Below, one piece after another: positions 7,993 to 17,611 of a stretch of DNA of 27,916 nt. Below the pieces are notes generated by a model. The model made no database searches and was not told the DNA's origin. It saw only the letters and a program-made list of their open reading frames with translations. The translations under genes and the position numbers were made by a program. Position 1 is the stretch's first letter, and every line of letters starts with the position of its first letter. This stretch comes from an uncultured Clostridia bacterium (GTDB lineage: Bacteria; Bacillota; Clostridia; Christensenellales; Borkfalkiaceae), in the NCBI GenBank assembly GCA_934271245.1, contig CAKQQY010000024.1, forward strand, positions 1 through 27,916, read 5' to 3'.

Positions 7993-8826
7993 ATGGCTTG
8001 TTATTCTGGCACTCATTCGCATCGTTATGGTACTAATGGTAGTGAAAATAATCCTAACTGCGAGTTTGGTTGTCAAGGTAGTTGTGGTAATGCTTGTTTA
8101 AGCGGATCAGATAATACATCTTGCACAGTTTGTAAAAACGATTGTGAAGCTGGCTGTGGCAATTGTAATACCTTATGTGGCCCTTAGCCCAGTTGCGATA
8201 CACTATGCAGCGGCGGATGCACTGGTGCATGTGAAGCTGGATGTTCAACAGGTTGTTCTGGCGGATGCAGTGGCGATTGTCAAAGTGGATGCTCAGGCTC
8301 TTGTTCTGGTGGCTGTCAAGGGACTTGTATATCTGCTTGTGCTTAGAATTGCGCGGGTGGATGTACTAATAGCTGTGTTGGCACTTGTAATTATGGATGT
8401 TCCAGTGATGAGGTAAATGATTTATATTTAAATCTTCATTTATCACGTATTGCAGAAAGTGATGATATAAATACTATTAAAAAAATTATTTATAGATTAT
8501 TTGAAAATCTTCAAAAAAGCACTATCTCTAATGGTGATGAAAAATATATAAATGAATTTGGAGGAGACGATCCAATAGGCCTTGTAGCTGACTGGGAAGG
8601 CTGGATGGCCGATGGCACAGCTACATTCTCAATGCTGTTGGATAAAACATTTGAAGCTATTATTAATAACTTAAATACTCTTAATAAAGGCCGAGTAGAA
8701 ATTGATCAAAACAAAATGGCACCAATCAAAATTTGGAAAGACTCTATATCTGGTGAACAATTAAATACAGTTGATCGTGATGCGGCGCTTTATTGGATTG
8801 AATGTCTTAAAAAAATATATGAATAG
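7993..8826 (+). CDS. CXXX-repeat (Cys every 4th residue) protein with C-terminal globular domain, module 1 (2 TAG = Gln)
   Basis: Example repeat: CSGGCTGACEAGCSTGCSGGCSGDCQSGCSGSCSGGCQGTC. TAGs at 8185 and 8344. AGGAGG RBS. Starts MAC, as does the paralog. Confidence 0.7.
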
Positions 8827-8845
8827 GTTATGCCAGTAAAATAAT

Positions 8846-8874
8846 TTGATAATCCTCCGATTTTATGATATAAT
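8846..8874 (+). promoter_or_regulatory. Sigma-70-type promoter TTGATA-17-TATAAT
   Basis: Canonical spacing. Lies upstream of the 8902 ORF. Confidence 0.45.
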
Positions 8875-8901
8875 AAAAATAAAAAAAGGAGGATTTTTCA
8901 T

Positions 8902-9342
8902 TTGATTGGAGAACCTATTTTTGATTACAATAAAGAAACTGGTGAAACCAGTTGTATAATTTCAGATGGTTAGAATATTTTTTATGGTATTTCTAAATGC
9001 CATCCAGAAGATAAAGAATTTTAGAGTGAATTCACAGGTTGTGAGATTGCAGAGCGCCGAGCGCGCATTAAAATTTTGCAACACATTAAAAATAATCAAA
9101 TCATTCCGCAAATTCAAGCTTATGAACATTTAATTAGCACTATGTTAAATAGCAAGCAATTAAATCCGCAATCTTATGAATTTAAACGTATTAAGGCCGA
9201 ATATGATAATTTACTTGATGAATATACTAAAATTAAAAATAATATTAAGTATCGTCAAGGTAAATTAAAAGATTACATTAATGATAAAGACAAGATGAAT
9301 AAGTATATTAAATTGCGCCAGGAGAAGAAAAATGATCGTTGA
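8902..9342 (+). CDS. Hypothetical protein (TTG start, 2 TAG = Gln)
   Basis: Continuous 147-codon frame only if TAGs at ~8971 and ~9022 are read through. AGGAGG RBS sits 9 nt upstream of the TTG. Motif SKCHPEDKEF...GCEIAERRA. Confidence 0.4.
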
Positions 9343-9505
9343 TGATTATATAATGGCTTAGATTGCACAAAATGAAAATTATAAGCCTACCTTGACGGAT
9401 TTGGGTATTTCAATTTATAATTCTGATGGAACATTAAAATCTACTAAATAGATTTTAAAAGAATTATCAGAAATATGGACCGATCCAGATAATTTATTTA
9501 CTTAA
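9332..9505 (+). CDS. Small hypothetical protein (2 TAG = Gln)
   Basis: ATGA overlap with the upstream gene. 57 codons. Confidence 0.3.
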
Positions 9506-9766
9506 TTTTTTATTATTAATAGGAATAATCCTTAGAAGGAGTTGGTTTTATTATAGTTTATTTTATTTTAGGTATAATATTTGCCAGCGTTGGAATGACA
9601 TTATTAGATTTTATTTCTGCGTTAATAGCAAATTTCGCCGAATTGGTTAAAGGCTGGTTTTCTGTGAAAATTTCATAGTATAATCGCCAAATCACAAATT
9701 TGAATGAAATGGATGAAGGCCCGCGGGCTATCGGTTTTTCAATACCATAGGAAGACGAGGTTGAAT

Positions 9767-10601
9767 ATGAAGATGATGAATAACTATTATGATACGTGTA
9801 GCTTGTTGATAAAGGGCAAAGATATAAAAAAAGATGAGCATATTTTAATTTCTTCAATTACTATTGATGAATTAGAAAATATAAAAACATCTGCAAATAA
9901 AGATGCAGATGTAAAATATACAGCTCGTCAGCTCTTGCGTAATATCAATGCAAATCCTGATATTTATTAGGTATTAATTTATAAAGAAAAAATGATTAAG
10001 CCTATTCAACGATTAGATTTATCAATAACTAATGATACAAAAATATTAGCTACGGCATTAGACTTCAATAAACATAATAAAACTCATCCCATTGATAATT
10101 TTATTACTAATGATTTAACTCTTAAATGTATCGCACGATTATTTCTATCTAACGTATCTTCATTAGAAGAAGGGGACCAAGAGCCATACACTGGTTACAT
10201 TGAGAAAACAATCTCGCAAGAAGAATTGATTAAATTTTATAATAATATTGGAGAAAATCAATATAATTTATTAAATGGTCAATATTTAATTCTACGTGAT
10301 GAAGAAGGTAATTTACTTGATGTAAGATGCTGGATGGATGATACACATAGATATCTTAATTCTAAGCCTATTGAATCAAAATGGTTTGGTAAAGTATCTC
10401 CATATAAAGGTGATGTGTATCAAAAATGCGCAATTGATAGCCTTGTAAATAATCAACTTACAGTATTTAGAGGCGGCGCCGGCGTAGGTAAATCCTTGCT
10501 CGGCCTTACTTATTTGTTCTCTCTATTGGAACAAGGTAAAATTGATAAAATTTATATGTTCTGTAATCCAATAGCTACCAGAGATAGTGCGAAGCTTGGC
10601 T
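9767..10601 (+). CDS. phoH: PIN-PhoH (PhoH2/YlaK-like) ATPase, exon 1 (1 TAG = Gln at 9968)
   Basis: N-terminal PIN-like YYDTCSLL...ITIDELENIK. Walker A GGAGVGKS. Ends ...SAKLG at a U, followed by a P1 pairing partner (GGGTCAAG) in the intron. Confidence 0.75.
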
Positions 10602-11901
10602 TAATCCATAGATAAGGGTCAAGTAAAACCTCGTGAATTGCTGGGACCTCCTTAAGATTTATTAACTACAACATAAGGATGAAATAAGCCTAAGTGTGAA
10701 TGTCTGAAAATAATAAATATTGGACAATCAGCAACCAAGCCCTGAATAGGGGAAGGCTCATCGACTATCGAAATCACATAGAAATATGGAAGAGAGTAGA
10801 GTAGGGCATAGCCCGAAGCGCGAGGGATTTAAACTGAAAAATTTTGGACAAAAAGTGAAAAATTATTTTCTCCAATTTTTAATAATAATAGAAAATAATA
10901 AAGGAGAAAATAATTTATGGATCAAGAAATTATTAATAAATATTTATCGGGATATTCAATAAGCAAATTATTATTAGAATATCCTACTTATAATAGAAGA
11001 TAGATTAATAAGTTATTTCGAGAAAATCAAATAACTATTAGAGGCGGAAGAAAAAAACGTGAATGGACAGAACAAGACAAAAAAGAAATCGAGCAAATGA
11101 TTGAAGATGGAGCATTTATAAAAGATATTAGTAAAAAATTTAAATGCAGCAAAGAAACATTAACTATAAAAATGGAAGAGTGGGGCATTAAATTAAAAAC
11201 TAAAAGTCATATAAATAGATGTATTAAACAAGATTATTTTTCAATTATAGACGCTCCTGAAAAAGCATACTGGTTAGGATTTTTATTTACTGATGGAAGT
11301 GTAGGATACATAAGAAATAGCAAACGTATTCGTCTTCAATTACAAGAAAAAGATTTAGAAATATTAGAACAATTCAAGAAAGATTTAAGTATAGAAACTA
11401 AAATTATTTATGATCGACGTCCTAATAGTGTATGTTGTTCTGTTGAATTTATATGTAGTTAGATTTTTGATGATTTAGGAAAATATAATATTATTCCTAA
11501 TAAAACTTATTTAACTTCTCATATTCCGTATGAAAAAATACCTCAAGAGTATTGGCCAGCATTTGCATTGGGCTTATTAGATGGTGATGGAAGCATTTTT
11601 GTAAGTAAAAATTGTAGCACAGATGTATCTATTAATTATACTGCTTATCATGAAAACGAAGTAGAAGATTTTCAAAATTTAATAAATTTTATAGCTAATA
11701 TAAATCATAAAAATAAAAATTTTTATACTTCAGCTTGGCATACTCAATGGAGAGGTCGTCTTCAAGTTTTAAAAATTCTTGATATTTTATACAATAATTG
11801 TCCAAGACATTTACAACGTAAATATGATATATACTTACGTTTAAAAAATAGTTTAAATTAAGATATAGTCAGTTTTATAGTGAAAGCTATAAAGTTTAAC
11901 G
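10602..11901 (+). mobile_element. Group I intron (~1300 nt) carrying a LAGLIDADG homing endonuclease ORF
   Basis: Exon 1 plus exon 2 give the contiguous PhoH motif KLGFYPGD, matching PhoH KLGFLPGD. The 5' exon ends in U paired to G in the IGS (CTTGGCT : GGGTCAAG). A P10-type pairing lies just upstream (GATAAG : TTTATC). The intron ends in G. A ~310 nt structured non-coding core precedes the ORF. Confidence 0.7.
10917..11862 (+). CDS. Double-motif LAGLIDADG homing endonuclease (intron-encoded; 2 TAG = Gln)
   Basis: Motif 1 WLGFLFTDGSV and motif 2 ALGLLDGDGSI. N-terminal HTH-like repeats. AAGGAG RBS. TAGs at 11001 and 11460. Confidence 0.8.
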
Positions 11902-12317
11902 TTTATCCTGGGGACAAGGACCTTAAGCTTCTTGATTCACAAATTGGCAATTTTCTTATAAGTAAATTTGGTGATAGAAATGCTGTTGAAGATTTAATTG
12001 CAGATGGTAAAATAATTCTTGTTCCGACGGCAGATTGCCGCGGTATGGATATTACAAATAATAGTGGAGTATATATTACAGAAGCACAAAATTCTACTAT
12101 CGATCTAATGAAATTAATGGTTCAACGCATTGGTGAAAATACCAAATGCGTAATTGAAGGCGATGATAAAACACAAGTTGATTTAATCTCTTATTCAGGC
12201 AATAATAATGGATTAATGAGATTATCAGAAGTATTTAGAGGACAACCTTATTATGGTGAAGTAACTCTTAAAAATTGTTATCGCTCTGAATTGGCTAAAC
12301 AAGCAGAATTAATGTAA
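11902..12317 (+). CDS. phoH: PIN-PhoH ATPase, exon 2
   Basis: VIEGDDKTQVDL matches PhoH ITGDxTQIDLP. IDLMKLMVQRIGENTK matches PhoH IEQMKMFLTRIGFNSK. C-terminal LKNCYRSELA. Confidence 0.75.
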
Positions 12318-12348
12318 GAGGAGAGGGGAAACCCTCTTCTCTTTTCTA
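12318..12348 (+). terminator. Terminator-like hairpin after phoH
   Basis: GAGGAGAGGG-GAAA-CCCTCTTCTC followed by a T-run. Confidence 0.5.
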
Positions 12349-12374
12349 TATCTTAAGAGGAAGGAGATAAAAAT

Positions 12375-12508
12375 ATGGCTTTTAAAATGAGAACAACTCG
12401 TCCAGAAGCCGGTAATAAATATTATATTACTAAAAATAATGGTGGATACTCTTATGCAATTAAGGGTAATCCAACAGATAAGCAAAATGATGTCTTGAGC
12501 AACTGCGT
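12375..12508 (+). CDS. Endolysin exon 1 (start of CHAP domain, includes the candidate catalytic Cys in SNCVG)
   Basis: AAGGAG RBS. ...LSNCVG resembles the CHAP GQCTW(Y) segment. The frame then hits TAA and 280 nt of non-coding sequence, after which the CHAP domain resumes. Junction is uncertain by a few nt. Confidence 0.6.
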
Positions 12509-12787
12509 GGGGTAAAAATACTATGCCCATAACTCACTATATCGGTTAAAGGGTGGAGACACTTCAGACCGAGGTAAGACTCTTAATTGAGAAACCTTAA
12601 CGACTGCGGGATAATAATAGTAATATTATTATTGAAGTGAGTTCTTCCAATAGGAAGTAATATACAGTCTGAACTATGGCTATAATCTAACTATGAAACC
12701 ATAGAGGTAGGATTAACGTCCTATCCGCCTTATATTTAAGGTCTTAAAGTAACAGAATGACGCATACGGTAGGTTCAATGAAATCGG
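12509..12787 (+). ncRNA. ORF-less group I-like intron (~279 nt) interrupting the endolysin CHAP domain
   Basis: Exon 1 and exon 2 are in the same frame, and the interval length is a multiple of 3. The best junction ends the exon at U and the intron at G, giving ...SNCVGYGYCKYL... No ORF. Contains an element similar to group I R/S motifs (CAGTCTGAACTATGG). Confidence 0.5.
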
Positions 12788-13901
12788 CGGCTATGGATAT
12801 TGTAAATATTTAAGTCCAGTTAATGCAGAACGCTTCCCGCAATATAACAATACTGGTATACCAATGGGTGATACCCCTAAACTTGGCGCGTGTATGGTAT
12901 GGCAGGGCGGACCAACATTACAAAGTGGTGATGGCGTTGGCCATGTGGCTATTGTTGAAAAAGTAATCAGTTCTACAGAAGTAATAACATCTGAAAGCGG
13001 TTGGGGCAGTAAGAACCCCTTCTGGACAGCAACACGCAAAAAAGGAAATGGTAACTGGGGAGCTGGCTCTGGCTATAAATTTCTTGGTTTTATATATAAT
13101 CCAGCAGTAAAGGATGATGATATTGTGAGTGATCAATATGGGTTTGGCGCTACCAATAGTCCATTAATAAATTATACGTAGATTAGCCCAAATCGCACCA
13201 GTCCACGCACTCATGTAATTGATACAGTCACTATACACTGTGTAGTTGGGCAATGTTCTGTTGAAACTCTTGGAAGTATATTTGCGCCAACAAATAAATA
13301 GGCTTCATCTAACTATGGCATTGGCCCAGATGGCCGAATTGGTATGTATGTAGAGGAAAAAGATCGGTCTTGGTGCTCTTCTAATGGAGCTAATGACGAT
13401 AGAGCAATCACTATTGAAGTTGCCAGCGATACTACTTCGCCATATAAAGTAACTGATAAAGCATATAATGCTCTTATTAAATTACTCGCTGATATTTGTT
13501 AGCGTAATAATATTAAATCACTTAAATGGAAAGCTGATAAAAGCTTAATCGGCCATCCAGAAGAACAGAATATGACTGTTCATAGATGGTTTGCGCATAA
13601 AACTTGCCCTGGTGATTACTTATATAATAAGCATTATGAAATTGCTGAAAAAGTAAATGAATTACTTGGTGTAGAGGAGGATGATGATATGACTCAGGAA
13701 AGATTTAATGAAATGATGGATAACTACATGAAAGAGCGCGCTGAATTAGATCCTAGTAAATGGTCTGCGCAGGCAAGAGCTTGGGCTGAAAGTAATGGTC
13801 TAATTAATGGTGATGCTCAAGGACGCACTATGTATAAAAAATATATGACGCGCGAAGAGGTTATCACTGTCTTATATCGTGCTATGAATAAGGGGAATTA
13901 A
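12788..13901 (+). CDS. Endolysin exon 2: rest of CHAP peptidase, Amidase_2 (PGRP-type N-acetylmuramoyl-L-alanine amidase), and C-terminal domain (3 TAG = Gln)
   Basis: CHAP: NAERF...TPKLGACMVWQGG...GHVAIVEKV...SESGWG. Amidase_2: THVIDTVTIHCVVG...GIGPDGRI...NDRAITIEVA...WFAHKTCPG. TAGs at 13179, 13299 and 13500 join three track ORFs. Confidence 0.75.
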
Positions 13902-13902
13902 A

Positions 13903-14355
13903 ATGTATAGTAAGTAGAGAAAACCTAAAAGAGAATATTCTAAAGGCTTACTTATTCAAGAGTCAGTATTGATTTGGATTACAAGCTTATTATATATTGC
14001 CTTAGCATTTTTCTGTATATTGTAGGGCTATACAGGTTCACTACCTTGGATTACTGCTTCAGCCTCATTACCTTGGGCGGCCTATGGTGTTAGCCAAGTA
14101 TTTTATTATAAAAAAAGTATGCTTGAAAATACCAAAGGTGGTATTAAATATGATACAGTAATGAAAGAATTAGAGGATTAGTTAGAGAAATATTTGAATA
14201 TGACATATGGTAACAGTGAGGATTATAATGATTTAATTAAGGAATTAATTAAAAATAATACTTCGTCTTCAACAACTTCTTCTACTAATAATGATACCAA
14301 AATTTTTACAGAAACGCAAATTTCAAATGAATTAAACGTTGATTATGGAATTTGA
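13903..14355 (+). CDS. Putative holin (two predicted TM helices; 3 TAG = Gln, first at codon 5)
   Basis: Hydrophobic segments LIWITSLLYIALAFFCIL and LPWITASASLPWAAYGV, then a polar C-terminal tail. Immediately downstream of the endolysin. Confidence 0.5.
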
Positions 14356-14380
14356 CTTTTACCTCCTTATATTATATAAT
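14352..14380 (+). promoter_or_regulatory. Sigma-70-type promoter TTGACT-17-TATAAT
   Basis: Canonical hexamers and spacing, upstream of the ORF at 14410. Confidence 0.5.
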
Positions 14381-14409
14381 ATATATATAATATAAGGAGG
14401 AATTTTTCT

Positions 14410-14907
14410 ATGAAGGATATAAGAAAAAAAATGAATTATTCCATTGAAATAATTAATGCAATAGAACATAATGATATCAATTAGAGTGATGCATTAATTA
14501 GGTTATTTGATAATTTACCCAATGATGAAAAATTTAATGTAGATAATATGCTTTTAATGTATTTTAGGAATATATTTTTTAATAAAAAATTTGAAATGTT
14601 AAATGAAACATTTTATTATTTTTTAGAAAATTTAAAAACATTTAAGCATGAAAATATTCATTTGTATTATTCTATTTGGTATAATATTGCTACTTCTCAT
14701 CCTACTAATACTTATAATTTAAATAATTTAGTCGCATTGTTAGAGGCTCGACCTGATATAGTCAATTGCTTGAATGATTATGATTTCCAATGTCTTATTT
14801 CTACTCTGGTATGTCAAGATAAAATTGAGTTAGTTAATCGTGTCAATAGGATAATGCATGGATAGGCTAATGAAAATCAACCTATGGAAAGTGAGCAATA
14901 CATTTAA
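14410..14907 (+). CDS. Hypothetical protein, first gene of CXXX-repeat module 2 (2 TAG = Gln)
   Basis: AAGGAGG RBS. TAGs at 14482 and 14863. No recognisable motif. Confidence 0.45.
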
Positions 14908-15176
14908 TGATTAAATATATTCCAATAGAACATGAAGAAGCAGTTGAAGCTTGTCGTTTATATCATGAATATAATGCTTACAAAGGCATTATGAGAAGAT
15001 TAAATATATTAAATATATCTTCTGAATTAAAAATAACTTATAAATTAAAATATTTTGATGCTCTTCTCAAAAGAGATTTATTTAATAAACATTTTTGCGC
15101 AAAATATTTAAATCCAGAAGATACATTAGATTTTAGAATTGATATAGCTAATGATTTATTAATATATGGAGAATAA
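14907..15176 (+). CDS. Small accessory protein of CXXX-repeat module 2
   Basis: Homologous to the 6440 ORF (IKYIPIEHEE vs ILRIPIEEKD). Overlaps the upstream stop by 1 nt. Confidence 0.5.
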   Translation: MIKYIPIEHEEAVEACRLYHEYNAYKGIMRRLNILNISSELKITYKLKYFDALLKRDLFNKHFCAKYLNPEDTLDFRIDIANDLLIYGE

Positions 15177-15179
15177 TAA

Positions 15180-16493
15180 ATGCTAAAGAACCAATATGAT
15201 TATATAGATTTTTATTATATGATTTATGGCTTAGATGCCGTTTCAGCTTATCAGACACATTATATTAAAAATATTACATTCCAAGTTACAGAAGATTGTA
15301 ATTTAGGATGTTCTTATTGTTATCAAATTTGTAAATCTAAAAATAAAATGACATTTGATACAGCAAAGAAAATTATTGATTATTTATTTATAGAACGAGA
15401 AAATCCTCAATCAGAATTCTGTGAAGAAAAGACCAAAGGATTTGTATTTGATTTTATAGGCGGAGAACCGTTTCTTGAGATTGATTTAATTGAGCAAATA
15501 TGTGATTATTTTGAAGAAAAGCTTCTTCAATATCCAGATAGTCCATGGATTATAAATCATGCTTATAGTTTTTCTACTAATGGCACATTGTATTTTACTC
15601 CAAAAGTGCAACATTATATTAATAAGTATAGAGAATATTTAAGCATTAGTGTTACTATTGATGGTTGTAAAGAATTACATGATCAATGTAGAGTATTTAA
15701 AGGAACTAATAAAGGTAGTTACGATATAGCTATTCAAGCGGCATTAAATGAGCTACGCAATAATCACAATGGAGCAACTAAAATTACTATGGCTCCAGCT
15801 AATATAAAGTATGTGGCCGATGGTCTTATTAATATGCTATCTCTTGGATTTACTATTATCAATATTAATTGTGTATTTGAAGAAGGATGGCAATTATCAG
15901 ATGCTCAAGAACTATATAATCAAATGAATATTGTTAGTAAATATTTAATTGATAATAATTTAAATAATAAAGTTTATATTGCAATTTTTGATGCTGGTAA
16001 ATATAGACCCATTAGTGAAGATACACTTGCCCATAATTGGTGTGGAGTTTCTAGTAGAACTATGACAGCATTTAATTATAAAGGTGATATGTATCCCTGT
16101 ATTAGATTTATGGAAAGCTCAACTGGTCATAATGTTGAACCATTTATTGTTGGTAATATTGAACATGGATTATGTGGAACTCCAGAAGAAAAAGAAAGAT
16201 ATGAAAAAGTGTCTTCATTGACCATAGAAAGTATGTCTCCTCAAAAATGTATTGATTGTCCTATCGGAGGAGGATGTGCCTGGTGTACTGGTTATTGTTA
16301 TCAACGAGGAGATATTGAGCATAAAACATTATTTATTTGTCAAATGTATAAAGCTCAAGCATTAGCGTGTAAAAAATATTATCATGATATTAAAGATTGG
16401 GAGACCTATGATAAAATAAATATACCTGATGAAATGGCCTTAGAAATTATTTCTCAGGATGAATGGAATAAATTTAATAAGAAGGAGGAATAA
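15180..16493 (+). CDS. Radical SAM/SPASM peptide maturase, CXXX-repeat target family, paralog 2 (no TAG)
   Basis: CNLGCSYCYQ, GGEPFLE, SPASM cluster CIDCPIGGGCAWCTGYCYQ. Paralog of 6695..7957. Confidence 0.9.
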   Translation: MLKNQYDYIDFYYMIYGLDAVSAYQTHYIKNITFQVTEDCNLGCSYCYQICKSKNKMTFDTAKKIIDYLFIERENPQSEFCEEKTKGFVFDFIGGEPFLEIDLIEQICDYFEEKLLQYPDSPWIINHAYSFSTNGTLYFTPKVQHYINKYREYLSISVTIDGCKELHDQCRVFKGTNKGSYDIAIQAALNELRNNHNGATKITMAPANIKYVADGLINMLSLGFTIININCVFEEGWQLSDAQELYNQMNIVSKYLIDNNLNNKVYIAIFDAGKYRPISEDTLAHNWCGVSSRTMTAFNYKGDMYPCIRFMESSTGHNVEPFIVGNIEHGLCGTPEEKERYEKVSSLTIESMSPQKCIDCPIGGGCAWCTGYCYQRGDIEHKTLFICQMYKAQALACKKYYHDIKDWETYDKINIPDEMALEIISQDEWNKFNKKEE

Positions 16494-16495
16494 TT

Positions 16496-17161
16496 ATGGC
16501 TTGTGTTACTGGTGATACTTGTACTGGTACAAGTTATAAAGCTGGTGATTGTTCAGTTGGTGGATGTATTTCATCTTGTTCTGCTTGTAGTAGTGTATGT
16601 GGAAATACTTGCACTGGTGACTGCGAAAATGGTTGTTAGAATACTTGCATAAGAGGATGCGGTAGTTCTTGTGGTGGCTGTGGAAGCAGTTGCTCTGGTG
16701 GCTGTGATGGCACTTGTAGCGGTAGTTGCACTGGTTGTTCAGGCACTTGTAGTGGTTATTGTGGTGATGGATGCTCCGGCAGTTGCGGGAGTAGTTGTTC
16801 TACTAATTGCACTAATACATGCACTGGAACATGTGCGAATGGTTGTAATACAACATTATTCAATTCTGCCTATGCTAATTTAGTATTAAATGATATTATA
16901 TTAGATGAAGATATAACTACAATAGTGGATTGGATTAAACGCGAAGGTAGCTTAAAAGGTGTTGCTATGGCTTCTCCAGAAGTAACAGTTGGAGAATCAG
17001 TTCCAGTCTTATATCAAGCATTTAATTCAATAATGGCTAATTTGCAGGCAATGGGCCAAAGCTTATCTTACACACCTGTTACTGGTAATGATATTAAGAA
17101 AGCATCTGTCCAAGAGTATATAGATAAAGCAAAAGTAATATATGAAACTATGTTACCTTAA
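16496..17161 (+). CDS. CXXX-repeat protein with C-terminal globular domain, module 2 (1 TAG = Gln)
   Basis: CGSSCGGCGSSCSGGCDGTCSGSCTGCSGTCSGYCGDGCSGSCGSSC. TAG at 16637. AAGGAGG RBS. Confidence 0.7.
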
Positions 17162-17183
17162 TTGAGATAAAGGAGAAAAATAA

Positions 17184-17471
17184 ATGACATATTATATTGA
17201 TATTCCAAAAGAGTATTTGGATGAATTGAAAGATAGTTATTTTGAAAGTGAAGCATATAAAGACATTCTGGCCGAAATTGCTGTGCGCGATCGGGCCTGT
17301 GAAAATAAAACACTTGAAAATTTAACTGCCTTATACAAGAACTCACTCATTCGATATACCAAGGCCAAGGCCGATTTAGAATTGGATTTCATTCGTAAAA
17401 ACTATCCTACTGTAAATAGCTGGACGGCCCATTTTGGTGATGACAAACTCACCATTGAAACGAACGATTAA
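17184..17471 (+). CDS. Hypothetical protein
   Basis: 95-codon ORF with AAAGGAG RBS. No TAG. Confidence 0.45.
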   Translation: MTYYIDIPKEYLDELKDSYFESEAYKDILAEIAVRDRACENKTLENLTALYKNSLIRYTKAKADLELDFIRKNYPTVNSWTAHFGDDKLTIETND

Positions 17472-17473
17472 AA

Positions 17474-17510
17474 AATAATAGGGAGATAAATCTCCCTATT
17501 ATTTTTTTTG
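17474..17510 (+). terminator. Rho-independent terminator
   Basis: AATAATAGGGAGA-TAAA-TCTCCCTATTATT followed by T8. Confidence 0.7.
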
Positions 17511-17577
17511 TTATTTAAGAAAATATATGATATAATATATTATATAAAAGAAGAATATATAAGAAGAAAAATAAAAT

Positions 17578-17606
17578 TTGACAAAGGAAAATTTTTATGG
17601 TATAAT
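17578..17606 (+). promoter_or_regulatory. Sigma-70 promoter TTGACA-17-TATAAT, apparently leaderless relative to the ATG at 17612
   Basis: Perfect consensus hexamers. Only 5 nt lie between the -10 and the ATG, and there is no SD. Confidence 0.55.
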
Positions 17607-17611
17607 AAATT

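Noticed and set aside
8144-8416. Track ORF (ALVHVKLDVQQ...) and similar ORF 16671..16883 (MVAVEAVALVAV...)
   Set aside because: These are alternate-frame readings of the GCxGxC repeat DNA of the CXXX proteins, and the Ala/Val-rich products are artefacts of that repeat.
8851-8895. Inverted repeats pairing an anti-SD CCTCC with the downstream GGAGG SD (also 14363..14400)
   Set aside because: In both cases the CCTCC arm lies inside the 17-nt spacer of a canonical TTGAxx-17-TATAAT promoter. It would therefore lie upstream of the transcription start and could not sequester the RBS in the mRNA, so it is likely a coincidence of AT-rich promoter DNA.
9541-9783. Possible plus-strand small TM protein (…GFIIVYFILGIIFASVGMTLLDF…) and the minus-strand track ORF 9558..9857
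   Set aside because: The plus-strand frame has no canonical start with an RBS (the first ATG is at 9595 without an SD) and overlaps the phoH start. The minus-strand ORF is low-complexity (Ser/Tyr runs). Neither could be supported.
10602-12790. Searched the intron and intergenic non-coding stretches for tRNA (especially a suppressor tRNA-CUA), rRNA or CRISPR repeats
   Set aside because: No cloverleaf-like GC-rich 70-90 nt segment and no spaced direct repeats were seen. The structured non-coding RNA present is better explained as group I intron cores.
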